A DNA stretch of 64,000 bases from Octopus sinensis (lineage: Eukaryota). This document shows, in pieces, positions 25,361 to 39,165 of this stretch. The stretch is from contig NC_042997.1 of assembly GCF_006345805.1 (NCBI RefSeq), positions 17,112,001 to 17,176,000 on the forward strand. The letters are read 5' to 3'. Under the pieces are notes generated by a model, which searched no databases, was not told where the DNA came from, and was given only the letters and a program-made list of their open reading frames with translations. The first letter of the stretch is position 1, and each line of letters opens with the position of its first letter. The translations under genes and the position numbers were made by a program.

Positions 25361-27384
25361 AAGTGTTACAACTAAGGGTTTTTGATAAAACTTTGGGCAA
25401 GGAGGAAAAATATTGTTTTGGGAGCACTGAAGGTGAAGGTTTCCTTAGAATTATAAGAAAATGTGAGGGATTTTTAGAAAGGAGCCAACAGATAGTCATA
25501 AGCCTCTCTTTGTCTCTCTGAGCCCTAGACATTTATGTACCAGGTAGACCTACCTCTGATAGGCCTACAATATAGCTAAATAGCACAAGGCAATTTGTTA
25601 GGTGCTCTACTTTTCCTTTCTACTTTTCTACAATTCTTTTGATCCACTGCTTATTGTGGCATTACTAATTTTGAAATTAGTTTACTTCATTTTTGCATCA
25701 GTAAATCATAACTTCAACTAAATTTCTCCAATCTTGGTTTCTTGAACCAACGTAAGAAGAAGCAATTAATGTCAGAAATATGTAAAATAACACAGAGCTG
25801 CATAAATACCTTATTCCATGCTCCACTGATGTGAGTTCAAATACTAGTATAGTTATTTTTACTTTACACTTTAAAGTTCTTAACAGAACTGGCTTATACC
25901 CGAAGACATTCCAATCATTTCTATCAAGTCTTTTTTTAAGTGTATAATAATAATAAGCTTCTTTAGGAATACATTCTCTATGTCCTTTCCTTATTTAAGA
26001 TAGTAAAGGGATGATATGAGGGTGATTTGGCTGCTATTTCTAACAATTTGAGTGACCATATAGAGGCTTTCTTCTTGACTCATATTGTTATGTGCATAGG
26101 GGAGGTGGTATAATGAAATGAATACCATTAAGGTATTAAGAAATTAACCATATGATATTAGCATTGAATCATAATAAAAACGATTATCTGATGACAGAAT
26201 GGTAGAGACTTTGCACTTATTTAGTTAAGTCACTCTATGTTCTGAGTTCAAATCTTACCATGTTAACTTCACTAATATCCATCCATGGTCATGCACTGGA
26301 ATTAATTTAACCAATTACTCTCTTTCCCATAATAAAAATCATTATTTAAAGTTTTTGATGTTGTTGTTATTTAAGCTTCAGGCTGACACTGATTGAGCAG
26401 AAATATTGATAAAAAGCATTCTGGTCATGACCATCCCATCTTTTGGCTATGTAGGAGGAACCTAGGAACACTTTATCCAATGTAATTTTTTCTAAGATGT
26501 CATTTGAAAGAGATTTATTTACTATGTCTAGTAAATTGAGAGCCCATTCATCTCTTATTTTCCAGGACTAAGGATAACTTCATCCCTTTCTACATTTTCC
26601 AGAATAACATACACAACATTCCTATACTCTTTCATGGATTCAAATTCTGTCTTGCATATATTTTATTCTTACCTTTCTTCTTTCTTTAAGGTTTTTCTAC
26701 CACACATAAACTCTAAGATCCAAAATAATCTAGTGGAACAATGTGTTATTTACCAGGAGTTTAAAAAAATGCTGTGTTCCTTACAACACCTCAGGTAATA
26801 ATATGCATATGACTGGAAGCAATTTCATATTGGTTTAATTTTTATTTTTTACAAATGCTTGACCTATGCTCTCTGAAGTATGTCAGTGTCATGATTCTCA
26901 GAGATTGAAACTATTAGTAAGGATGTGTTCATCTATACATACCCCACAAGTCTGTCTGTCTGCCTGTCTGTCTCTCTCTCTGTATAAACACACACACACA
27001 CACACACACATACTAATATATGTGTGTGTGTGTGTAGATATATACTTTTATTGAATATTCTAATATTCTATTCTTTTTCATATAAAAAATGCTTTACAAT
27101 ATGTGTGTGTGTGTGTATGTATGTATATATATTTAGGTAGGTGGGTGAGAGAGTAAGAAAAAGAAATACAGAAAGGAAAAGAAATACAGGATTTAAACTT
27201 GATCTAATTTATAAAAGAATGCATCTTCTTCAGTGCCAAAAGAAAAGATAATTTTAAGAATTGAATAATTGAAAGAGTACTGGTAGTGATTGCGGTGGTA
27301 GGGGAAAATGGAATTCTAAACAAAAATAGGTGAAAGTGTTTGGAAGTTTAATATGACAGAAATGTGGTTTGAAGAGTGACAATG

Positions 27385-27545
27385 CAGGAGGGTGAGTGAG
27401 AGAGAGAGGGAGAGGGAGAGAGAGAGGGAGAGGGTGAGAGAGAGAGGGAGAGAGAGGGAGAGGGTGAGAGAGAGAGGGAGAGAGAGAGAGGGAGAGAGAG
27501 AGGGAGAGAGAGAGAAATGGTGAAATGAGAGAGAGAGAGCAAGAA
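27385..27545. repeat. (GA/GGA)n polypurine tract
   Basis: Directly visible. Confidence 0.9.
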
Positions 27546-27746
27546 AGAAAAGCCAAAATATAGAATTTTTGATAGTAATATATATGTGTATACACATATA
27601 CACATATATATACATATATATGTGTATATACATGTTTATAGACATGTACAGGTATATACATATATGTACATGTATACATATAGATGCATATAGTTATATA
27701 AACACAGAGAGAGACACACACATACACATATATTGATACATATATA

Positions 27747-29023
27747 CAGGGTGTTCAGGTTAAATTTGATATGTATCCTGTTTTCAGAAATAGCTTCAAG
27801 TATTGGTGAACAGTCAGTGGCATCAGAGAGTATAATGATTAAATGTAGTTGAGTAAAAGTTAGCTGACATGGAAGACTAGGAGCCATCTGAATATTGTAA
27901 CAGAGTTACTTGTATCATGAAAATTCATGCCAGGTATCAAAGTGTCAACATCATGACTATTACTGAATGCCTTGTGAACACTGCAAAGGCTGTAAGACAT
28001 GGTATGGACTGTTGTAAAAGAAACTACAAAACTCTGGCTAGCAGGAAGGGACATAGCAGGCATTCTGACTGCATCCACACACCATAATTCATTCAACTGA
28101 TGAACAAAATATTAGGCTCAATTCAGATGGCTTTGTGAAGCTGCTGGAGACTGGTCAATCCCTGGGTGGAAAAGGTTGTTGCTGGAAGGCCATATGTGTG
28201 GCAGCAGGATTCAGCTCCTTGCTATACTCTGAAAAGAATGAGTAGTAGTAGTTGGAGAATTCCTACAACTTCACCAACCTCAATTTCTGGCTTCCTAATT
28301 TCCTTGATTGTAATTCCCTGGATTACTATGCATGGGGTACAGTTAAGAAAGACATCAATCACTCACCTGCAACATGAAGGCTGAGCTGCTGGCCATGATT
28401 AAGGAGGTGTTCAAAGATCTTCTTTGGCATGCAGTGAAGAATGTGTAGGCACATTCCCACCCACTTTGACTGCAGGTAAACAAGCTAGCCATACAGAGAG
28501 AGGATGCTATACAACGTTGAGGTTCAGACATGTCACCTCATCTCTTTCTCTTTTTCTACATGGACATGCAAGCTATGAGAATGCAATTTGACTGGCTCTA
28601 TCTTATGCCACAAACAAGCTAGCAGATAGGAGCATAGCACAGAAGACCATGGCCCTTACACACCAACCATTCTGTTTGTCATTCCATTGTGTATGTACAT
28701 GTGGCCACAAATAAACGTGTTTAAGTTACAACCTTACTTGTATGTGTTTTCCAACTGGGTTTACCATCAGCGAAATTGCAGCCTTCTGAGAGTCATATTA
28801 GGTGGCTCAATAATGACCTGCACCATCTAAAAATGCATGCACCAAGTTCTTGAGCTATCTTGAGGCCATTATTAGAAACTGAGGGCAATTACTTTTAGTA
28901 AAGTTATTATCTCCCATCCATTATCTAATCGATATTTATTGACCTTTTAAAATACTTTATTTTCAGATGAAATATTGTTTCCTTTTCCTTTTATGCAAAC
29001 TATCAGTTTTAGCCTGAACACTG
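27747..29023 (+). mobile_element. Tc1/mariner, maT (DD37D)-like element A, internally deleted and interrupted by a solo LTR
   Basis: TA|CAGGGTGTTCAGGTTAAATTTGAT left TIR and degenerate right TIR atcagttttagcctgaacactg. Transposase remnants: ..RKGHSRHSDCIH / RLNSDGFVKLLET..RPYVWQQDSAPC..WLPNFLDCNSLDYYAWG. Confidence 0.85.
28444..28831 (+). mobile_element. Solo LTR (388 bp), probably Gypsy
   Basis: Splits the transposase ORF with a 4-bp TSD AATG (28440-28443 and 28832-28835). Ends are TGTAG...CTAAA (CTACA expected); AATAAA at 28710-28715. Confidence 0.75.
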
Positions 29024-29035
29024 CATACACATATA

Positions 29036-30189
29036 CAGGGTGTGGTGAATAAATTGTCATCTAAATCATGCAAAAATGAAAATAGCACTAACGTCTCATT
29101 TTAGCAGATATATTTACCAAAATTATATAAAAATATCTTGAAATACGCCATTGGCTTCAACCTCGGCCTCCAGACAACTTTGGAATCTCCTGCAACTCTT
29201 CTGGATGGTCTCCTTGTTTAAGTTGGTGAATGCTGCCATAATCCTTGCCATCAGTTCCTCTTTGGTGTTACAAGGAATTTTGTTGGTCTCTCACTCAACT
29301 GTGCTTCACAAAATAATCGAGAGGATTGTAGTCTGGAGAGTTAGGTGGCCAGATGTTAGGAGTGATTGGTCACAGAAATTGTCTGACAGCCATGACTGGG
29401 TTCTCCTGCTTGTGTGGCATGGTGCAGAGTCCTGTTGCCAGACATAGGGGCTTCCAGCAGCCTCTTGACCCAGGGCAGCACTACCTCCTCCAGGCACTTG
29501 ATGTAGGCTTTTGTGTTGAGTCTGAAGCAGTGTGTGAAGATGAATGGAGACATAACATCACTATCACTAGTGATCACTTGAAACACCATGATGTTGACTG
29601 GATGTTTGATTTTTATCACTCTCAGTATATGTTCTGAGGACACAGCAAGCCAACAGTTGTTCTGTGTCTTCACCATCTGATCCTGGCAGAATTTTTTCTC
29701 ATCTGAGAAAAACCAAAGTTCAGTTGGAGGGGATGCTTGAGTTTGTTCAAAAGCTTCGTAGCACCATCTTTCCTCTTGTCCTTGATGGCTTGGGATAAAA
29801 ATTGGTCCTTACTTATCTTGTGTCAATTATGATCTGGACCTCACCAACAAATTCAAGAGTTCTTTTCTTAGCAGAATGATCAGAGTGAGTTTTCCGAGCT
29901 GCTATACCTTCGTAATTACCATTAGACTCATCCAACTCTTTCTGAATCCTCTGCGCTGTCCTCAGATTGACACCCAAACACTTTGAAATGTTCGTATTGG
30001 AACTTACAAGCAGTACAGCATGTAGTTTCCAAGTTTCTGGCTCAGTGAATTGCATCATGGTGCTGTTTTTCTCACAGATGGTGCCCAGCTGATCCTGCCA
30101 CACTGCATAGTTGACAAAATCAAAGACAAATAATGCACATGTGCAAAATTAAAAACATGAAACAGTGACAATTTACCCATCGCACCCTG
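29036..30189 (-). mobile_element. Tc1/mariner, maT (DD37D) element B, near full length, pseudogenised
   Basis: TIRs CAGGGTGTGGTGAATAAATTGTCAT / CAGGGTGCGATGGGTAAATTGTCAC. Triad WFFSDEKKF..WQQDSAPCH..WPPNSPDYNPLDY, with 37 residues between D2 and D3 after restoring a 1-nt deletion. Confidence 0.92.
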
Positions 30190-30894
30190 CTTATAAATAT
30201 TTCATACGTATATATACACATGTATGTATGCATGCACGCGCATATGCGTGCACACAGACACACACAAGACACAAAACACATCACATATATATAGGGCAGA
30301 ATTTCCAATCATATGTTTTCAGCTTGATTAACTGGAATACTGACCTCATTGAATTAGCATTAAGTGACTGAGTATTTCACATACATGTGTACTTCTAATG
30401 AAATTCATAGACAGAATCAGCACAATACGGTTTTCTTCAGGGTTGGGCTTTTGACATATAAGTACAATCCATCCAGCAAGCTTCCACACAGATTCTCTTC
30501 TCTGTTCAGTTTTTCTCACAGGATGGAAAAGACACTTACTCAAGTTGCAATGCAGTGGTACTGAACCCTAAATTTTGTGACTGGGAAGCAAACAAACTTC
30601 TTAATTATTCAACCATTTTGCATTATTAATGTATGTGTGGGCATGTGTGTGTATACATGTAGACACACACAAGCAGATAGAGTTCATTTTAAATCATCTA
30701 GGAAAAGTATGTATTCACTGAGAATACACATGAACCTGACATGTAGTTAGGAGAGTCATTAGTAAAATGACCTCCCATATGGTTTGGAACTATAACTTGA
30801 GCTGTTTCAGTTTATAGTTTGGCATTAAAAAATCTGCAAATCCTATAAAATATGAAATATATTTATATAGTAGTGATCATGAAATGTATGTCAT

Positions 30895-31520
30895 CATCAC
30901 TGCTGCCATCATCATCATCATTGTTGTCATCATTGTCATCAACCTAGTAGTCATTGTTGTCATCATCATCTTTTTACATCAATTTTCCCTGTGTTTTATT
31001 AGGTTGGATAATGTCTCTTCAGCATAGTATCTCACTACTTATTGAAGATCCTTTGGGATCTTAATGAGGTTTGAACTCCTGAGGTATGCTTTCACCATTT
31101 CTTCAAATGGCCTTGAAACTCTTTCTCTTCCACAGTATCTTTCTTCTTGGATCGTTTGGTACTTTTTCCCAAATGTCAGTTTCCATACATATCTAGTACA
31201 AACTTCTCTTTTGCATATTACATCAGATTCCTCTCATAACCACTTCTCTCAGCTCGTTTATGCTTTGTTTCTCATGCACACTTACATTATCTATCCAGTA
31301 AAACATATTTGTCATGTTTCTGTCTATCCTGCAGACAACCTCTGCTGCTTTCAATCTCCATATTTCACTACTATGAAATATCCCACTTCTCAAGCAAACA
31401 TCACACAGTCTAATTTTCACTCTGAGAGAGAATCCTTTGTTAAAGCAAAGGGCATAACTCTAAACATTTGCAGCAGTGCTCTTGCACCCACATCCACTGC
31501 TGATTGTTTCACCTAGGTAA
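30895..31520 (-). mobile_element. RTE family 1 3' fragment, old
   Basis: KIRLCDVCLRSGIFHSSEIW..NVSVHEKQSINELRE parallels the 51545-51760 copy; decayed (GAT)n tail at 30895-30970. Confidence 0.75.
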
Positions 31521-31736
31521 CAAACAACCAACTACTTTTGGGGGGCTTTCTGAATATTTGATAGAAGTCAAGAATTCAATTCATATGGAGAAGGGGAGCA
31601 TTGAGCAAAGGAAAGAGTGAGACATTGAGAAAATTTGATAGAGAGGATAGAGAAATGAATTAGTGTGTGTCTATGTGTGAGCTGTAGTAAAGAAAGAGGG
31701 TGAGAAAGAAAGATATGTAGATAAGTGTGGGAAAAT

Positions 31737-31783
<47 letters not shown>

Positions 31784-32994
31784 ATACAGAGAAATAGAGA
31801 GTAGTTGGAAAGAGAGAGAATACAGAGAAGCAGAGAGTAGTTGGAAAGAGAGAGAGGAACAGAGTGAAAGGAGTACAGTGTAAAAATATAGAAAGATACA
31901 TAGAGGTGTTGAGAATGAGAGATAGAGTGAAGGAGCAAGAGAAAGAGAGAGATAGTGGGAGAGGAAAGTAGTATAAAAATGAGATATGAAAAATATTGAG
32001 TAAAGAATCAAATAAAAGCAAATGAAGTTCTAGAACATTCTTTCAAAAATTGGATTAAGAAGAAAAGTATGATAAATAAATGACAAACAAACAACAAAAT
32101 ATGGAAAACAATAAACAAAATAAAAACAAAACTCAATAGCTCTCTCTTCCCTTCCAGAAATTAATAACTAAATAAATAAACAAATTAAAGAATGCCATAC
32201 AGAAGCAAATGCAAAAATGTAGAAATACAATCATACATAACATACATACATTCATACATACATACATGCATGCATACATGTATGCACATAAACATGAACA
32301 TATGCATATATAATGATATAAGGAAAAATCCAAACCTAAATAAAAAGTAAAAATACAAAAAGGCAGGATGTGGGGAGGATAAAAATATATAAATAAATGA
32401 AAATTGAGAAATATAGAAATAATTTAATAAGTGAAAAATAAGGAATTCTTCTAATTTTCATTTCTTATACTGTGTTCTCATTTTCCTTTTTAATATTTTA
32501 GCTTCACCACTTTACGTTTTGAGTTCAAATCTTACTAAGGATTACTTCAATTTTTCTTACTCCACTGTTGTTAAAACAGCAGTGACTTATTGAAGTAGAT
32601 ATTATTGACAATATCACTCCCCTAAAATTTGTGTTCTTGTGACAATGTTTGAAACCATTATTGTATTTTAGTTGTTATTAATCTTTGTGTTTTATTTTTC
32701 AATATTTAAAAAAAAAATTTTTCTAGCCCTGTTTTATCGGTATTCTCTCTTTTCTACAAGATGGAGAACTTAATAACTATCATCCTGTCACATATCTTTT
32801 GCTTTGGATTTTACTGTTTTTTGTTTCAATGTTATTTTTTGTTTCTGATTTTTTTTTTGCTTTTACTTATGCTGTTTATATCTTTAAAAAAATTGAAAAA
32901 ATGACTATTCTTCTGAAAAATTTAAACAAACATGAGTAACTATTTTGCCTAAAAGTGATTAGACTGTCAATAAATAGTAATAATAATAATAATA

Positions 32995-33212
32995 ATAATA
33001 ATGGTTTCAAATTTTGTCACAAGGGCAGCAATTTTGGGGAAGGAGATGAGTCAATTACATCGACCCAGTGTTCATCTGGTACTTATTTTATCGACCCCCA
33101 AAAGGATGAAAGATAAAGTCAACCTTGGTGGAATTTGAACTCAGAATGTAGCAATGGGTGAAATACCACTAAGCATTTTGTCCAACACATTAATGATTCT
33201 GCCAGCTCGCTG
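32995..33212 (-). mobile_element. SINE family A
   Basis: Reverse-complement copy with core ggtacttattttatcgacccccaaaaggatgaaag. Confidence 0.8.
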
Positions 33213-33216
33213 CCTA

Positions 33217-33237
33217 ACAATAATAATAACAATAATG

Positions 33238-33301
<64 letters not shown>

Positions 33302-33331
33302 TAATAATAAGAAGAAGAAGAAGAAGAAGAA
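33217..33331. repeat. (AAT)n-(AGA)n microsatellite
   Basis: Directly visible. Confidence 0.95.
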
Positions 33332-34009
33332 AAGGGATTTATTTAATTGGTCACTAGAGCCCAAGACACTAACAAACCCATGAAGAGTCCTCTACGTAGA
33401 TACTAGACTTGCTAGAAATAGTACTTAGTAGTCAAATCTGTCTCAGACCAGACACTTGCATCTTAATGAAAGAAGCACATTAGATTAATTATTTTGGAAA
33501 AAAATAAGGTATGGCAGAATTGAGTCATGAATGGTACACCTTTAATCTATGGCCTGCTCAGTCAGCTCTGATCTGTAGCTAAACCACATAACAATAATAA
33601 TATTGATCTTGGATATACACTTGGTTGTATGATTAAAAGGCTCACTTTGCAGCTAAGTGTTTTTGGGCTCAAATCCACTGCTTTGTGTGTTAGGCAAATA
33701 ATATTCTGTTAATAGCTAAGAGTCAACCAAATACTTCTGAATAAAAGTTTGGTAGATGGAAACAGTGTAGAAAATTGTTGAAGGAACCATTCCTCTTCTT
33801 ACTTAGCTAACATAATCTGTTGTACAATTTAACACCAATAGCTAATTCTTAAGTAGTCTGTTGCTAGCTAGTTTTTGGTCTGATCAGACATTTCTACTTT
33901 CCTTCTACTGATTTCATAGACACTCAAAAAAGTTGGCTAAATTATGAAAGAAAAAGCTTTTATCATCTAAAAATAAAATACTGACTTCTAAATTAGGTAC
34001 AAACATAAA

Positions 34010-35212
34010 TCGTAGCTGTTTGATGTAATCGGCAGTTCATAGTTTGGTCTTCAAAGTTCAGGTACAGTTTGAGTTAGTGTGTTGGAAATATTGATTGTTG
34101 GTTTGTTACATGTTTGTTACTGCCACTTTCTATTTTGTACTGTTATAACACTGTTACAGTGTATTCTTTATCTATCATCGACCGCATCAACCATACTGTG
34201 GTATTGAAGGTGTATATAACATCTGGTGACAAGGATTTTTCAAAGCTCATGTAGGATATTTGACAATTTGTGTATCATACAAATTTTTAAATAATGGAGA
34301 ACCTATTAGCTGCAGTAATACAGCTTCAAGAGAAGAAACAGGAACAACTACAGGAGTTGCAGATGCAAATATTGCAACAACAACAATTAACTGAGTTACA
34401 ATCAAGGAAGTCTGAAAATTCAGTAAGTTCATTTATGCCTGATGGCGTGGCAGCCTCGATTTCTGAATTCACTTATAATCTGGAGGAGGGTATCACAGTT
34501 CCTGCATACTATAGAAGGTATGAGGATATTTTTAACAAAGATTGCAAATCATGGTCAGATGAGGAGAAAGCGAGGCTATTACTGCACAAGGTAGCTCCAG
34601 CTGAGCATGAATGCTACTGTAACTTTATATTACCCAACAAGTCGAGAGAGATTTGTTTCCAAGAAACTATTGATTTACTCTCAAAAACTTTTGTGACAAA
34701 AGTTTGCTATTTAACATTTGAATGAAGTGTTGGAACTTTAAAAAAATTATGATGATGACTTTATTACATACGCCAGAGTAGTCAACTGCATGTGTGAAAA
34801 CTTTAAACTTCAAGAACTCACTCAGGAGTGCAAGGCCTTATAGCAACCGAAGGATTCTCTCAAAAATGGAGCAAGCAAAAAAGATACTAAAAATAATAAC
34901 AATAAATAAAATTTCTTTATTCCTTTGGAACTCAAAATCTCAAAAGGGGAGATGTTGTGGAAAGAGTACGACACCCTCTGATGAGAATAGATGGAACCGT
35001 GACATAGTTGGCATTTCATCATTTGGTCTTTGAAGTCCAGGTACAGTTTACAGTTTGAGTTAGTCTGTTGGAAATGTTGATTGTTAGTTCATTACATGTT
35101 TGTTACTGCCGCTGTTTCTATTTTGTATTGTTATAACACTGTTATAGTGTTTCTTTATCTATTGTCAACAATATCAATCGTACTACAATATTGGAGGTAT
35201 AAGGATATAACA
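34010..35212 (+). mobile_element. Gypsy-like LTR element lacking pol (5' LTR remnant, PBS, gag, PPT, 3' LTR)
   Basis: 5' LTR ends ..ATAACA at 34221; PBS-like TGGTGACAAGGA 34224-34235; gag-like ORF 34294-34725; PPT AAAAGGGGAGA 34942-34952; 3' LTR TGTTG..TAACA 34953-35212. Confidence 0.85.
34294..34815 (+). pseudogene. Gypsy gag-like coding remnant
   Basis: EFTYNLEEGITVPAYYRRYEDIFNKDCKSWSDEEKARLLLHKVAPAEHECYCNFILP..FQETIDLLSKTF; after frameshifts ..DDDFITYARVVNCMCENFKLQELT. Resembles K02A2.6-type Gypsy gag (from memory). Confidence 0.75.
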
Positions 35213-36626
35213 CTCTACCATATGGTTTCAGGCTTAGTCCTACAGTGTGGTGCCTTAGGAAAGTATTTTCCTGCTATAGCCCCAGACCAACCTAAGCTTT
35301 GTGAGTGGATTTGGTAGATGGAAACTGAGAAAGCCTGTCATAAATACATCCATATATATGTATATATCATGTGGGATGCTCATATCTCCTTTATTTAATA
35401 TTGTGTTCTTGTTGTAAATGTATGTGATTGTTGTGCGAGTACTATTGTCCATTTGCAGTCTTCTGTGAAATCATGTCTAGCCATTGTGATATTCATGTTT
35501 GGAGGGCTAGGAGAAATATTACCTGATGTGGAAATAGGTAAAGGTTGGCAACAGGAAAAGTATATGACCATAGAAAATTTACTTCAACAATTTTATCTGA
35601 CCCATGCAAGACTTGAAAAGTAAACATTGAAATGATGTACAAAGCTCCACAGTGTGCAAAGCCCCAATGGATGTACAATCAATGATATCAAGCATAATTA
35701 CTTAAGCTATTACTCACTATCGAAGCTTGAAAGGTACAGGCAGTTTGGATTTGAATGGTGAGACTTCAGTTTAGAATATAAAGGGATATAATAAAAAAAA
35801 AAGGCATGTCGTAACAAAAAAGACAAGACCTAGGTGAGCAATTTCCATTCACAAGCAGAAAATATATTATGCTATCAGCATTTTTAAAGCAAAATGCATG
35901 AATATCACACAATCACATTCATATGCAGTAAATCAGTACAGCTCAAAAAACTGTCTCAGTTTTACTTTTCAACTGAGCATATTGAACTGTGGTTACATGA
36001 AATGAAAGCACAAAGCATTAAATATGACCACTGAAATACTATTACTAACAATAGTAATAATAATAATTATAAATTACATTATATCCAAGGCACACAAAGC
36101 TATGCTTAGTACTGCAGCGAAAGCATGCAATAAACAATAAAACTACTGAGAACTAAAAATAATGATAATTATAAGACGATGATGAAGATACTGATGATCA
36201 TCATATTGACTGAAGAAAGTATACAATTTGACATGAAATGGAAAGACAAATATAAAAGAAAAACAGCAAAAGTACAAAAAAAACCCCTAATAAATCAAAC
36301 TAGGAAAAGCAAAGAAAAATATATTGCCATTTATTGTTTCTAGATGAAGGTTTGAAAATGGATATAAATTTTAGGTAATGTTGTCATATACTTCTCAGTC
36401 TTAGAGATATCTAATATAAATGATAAACTGTAGAAAATAACTTGAAGGTGGAAAAAAAATAATATAAAAGAGTGTTATGAATATTTATTAAGCTATTTTT
36501 TATTAAGTTAGATATGGTCTGATCCACAACTCACTGAAATTTATCCATGTAAGATATGTGCAATATCCTTGTCAGTATATACATACAAAGACACATACAT
36601 GTGTGCGTGCATGTGTGTGTGTATGT

Positions 36627-36670
<44 letters not shown>

Positions 36671-37094
36671 ACACATACATACGTATGTTTGTATATCGTA
36701 GGTTTTCACATATGTAATGTAGTGGATTGAAAAACTAAGATTATCCAAGTAATTAAATATAATTTCTCCTTCGATCATCTGAAATCTAAAAAACCTAGCA
36801 AGAGAAGATAATACCAATAAAATCATTTCACCAAATTCACTTAATATAAATCCCAGGTACAATAAACATGACATGCTGATCTCTGAATTGCAAGTAGAGT
36901 CCATCCAATGGCATTATACAGTTTCTGGTCATACAATTTCTCTTACACAGCTTAAGTTAACCTGAAGCTACAATAAAACAAAATTGTCCAAGATGCTTTG
37001 CTATCAGATGGGAACTTGGATCTCTTGACTGTAAAGCAACCTTCTCATTCAGTTTGCAATATTGTGAGTCTGTGTGTGTAGGAGCATTTGTAGA

Positions 37095-37470
37095 GGCGCA
37101 ATGGCCCAGTGGTTAGGGCAGCGGACTCGCGGTTGTAGGATTGCGGGTTCGATTCCCAGACCGGGCGTTGTGAGTGTTTATTGAGCGAAAACACCTAAAG
37201 CTCCACGAGGCTCTGGCAGGGAGTGGTGGCGAACCCTGCTGTACTCTTTCACCACAACTTTCTCTCACTCTTTCTTTCTGTTTCTGCTGTACCTGTATTT
37301 CAAAGGGCCAGCCTTGTCACACTCTGTGTCATGCTAAATCTCCCTGAGAACTACGTTAAGGGTACATGTATCTGTGGAGTGCTCAGCCACTTGCACGTTA
37401 ATTTCATGAGCAGGCTGTTCTGTTGATCAGATCAACTGGAACCCTCACTGCCGTAACCGATGGAGTGCCA
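37095..37470 (+). mobile_element. Young tRNA-derived SINE (resembles octopus OR-type SINEs)
   Basis: Pol III A box TGGCCCAGTGG, B box GGTTCGATTCC, CpG-rich head and ~300-bp non-tRNA body. No acceptor stem, so not a tRNA gene. Confidence 0.8.
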
Positions 37471-38331
37471 CCAAAACATGAATTTGTATTTCAATTACAC
37501 ACACACATATCCAAATAATGTGTATACATTAGTCTATATATTCATGTATGCATGTATGTGTACACACACACATGCATGTGTGTGTGCATATATATACACT
37601 GTTGTATACACACACATATTTGTGTCTGGGTGTGTAATTTAAACACCAATTTGTGTGGGAGCATGTCTGTGTGTGAGTGTGTATTTGTGTGTGTGTTCAT
37701 TTATACATGTGTGTGTTTGTACACCTATGTGTATATGAAGGAGAAGTAGCTATGTGAAAATTGATTACATCAACATAGTATCTTATTCCAACACCTATGT
37801 ATGGAATGCCATATTGTGCACTCTAAATTCATTTGGAAAAGATGAGATGAGGTGGTGAAAGAGAAATATATATATATATATATATATATGTATATGGTGA
37901 AAGAGAAATGTGTGTGCGTGCGTACACACACATGTACACATATACACACACATGTGAATTGTGAATTCTAGACTGAATGACACCTTTTAGAGATGGAACA
38001 AGGAAGTGTAAGTTATGTTGCGAAAAAAAGTACGTAAACAAGTAAAGAAAATAAGAAACACTCAAATATAAAGGTACTTAATATAGGGGAGAAGAAAATA
38101 GGAAATACCATGGTAGAGATGAATGAAGTCAGAGAAAAAAATAAAGAAAGGAATAGATGAGGAGAAAGAGCTGGAGGAACAAGAAGAGAAACATCCAAGC
38201 ATAAAAAAAAACAGAAATCTCTAAAAAAAAGATAAAAGAAGATAATGATGAAATGAGAACTTAGAAATTGTTGGTGGTATAGAGAGCAGTAGATAAAAAT
38301 GGAGAATATAGGGGTGGTGTATTTTTATGTA

Positions 38332-38381
<50 letters not shown>

Positions 38382-38959
38382 TGTTTGAATGTATGAATAT
38401 ATGCATGTCTATCTGTATATATGTATGTGTGCATATCTGTAGGTGTATGGGAAAAGGAGAGCACCAGAGAAATAATTTATATGTGTGTGTATATCTATGA
38501 GTATGCATGTTAAAGGAAGAGAGAGAGAAAGAGAAAGGGAAAGAAAGAGAAAGAGAGAGAAAGAGAGAGAGAGTAATACAAAGAATAGCAAGAAAAATTC
38601 ATGATTAAAGAGGAAAAGTTCCAAGATGTGCAGCTACACTGTTTGGGGTAAAATTTACTACCAGTCCATGATGTCTGAAGGGGGTGATGAAGAAAATTAG
38701 CAAATCTCTGGTTTACTCTGTTCTGATATCCTCCAACCACCTCTATCACCAATGACTCATTTCTTAATTACTGACTTCAGTCCATGCTGCCAACCTCCTG
38801 GTTGTCGCTTCTTCTTCTCCAGCTTCTTTCTACACCAACCTTGTGTGTGCCCCTACATCTATATTTTGGAAATGGTTGACTTCCTTGGCTATGATTAGAG
38901 GCAATCATAGAGAATAGTGAACTCACAAACACATATATAGGGAGAGATACAGCAATAGA

Positions 38960-38968
38960 CAGACAGAC

Positions 38969-39031
<63 letters not shown>

Positions 39032-39058
39032 AAGAAAGAAAGAAACAAAGAAAGGAAG

Positions 39059-39147
<89 letters not shown>

Positions 39148-39165
39148 GGATAGATAGATGGATAG
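38960..39165. repeat. (GATA)n interrupted by (GAAA)n
   Basis: Directly visible. Confidence 0.95.

Noticed and set aside
34975-35005. CTGATGAG in the Gypsy 3' LTR as a hammerhead
   Set aside because: No stem II and no GAAA box downstream.
37095-37170. Possible tRNA gene
   Set aside because: A/B boxes are present but there is no acceptor stem, and the sequence continues into a SINE body.
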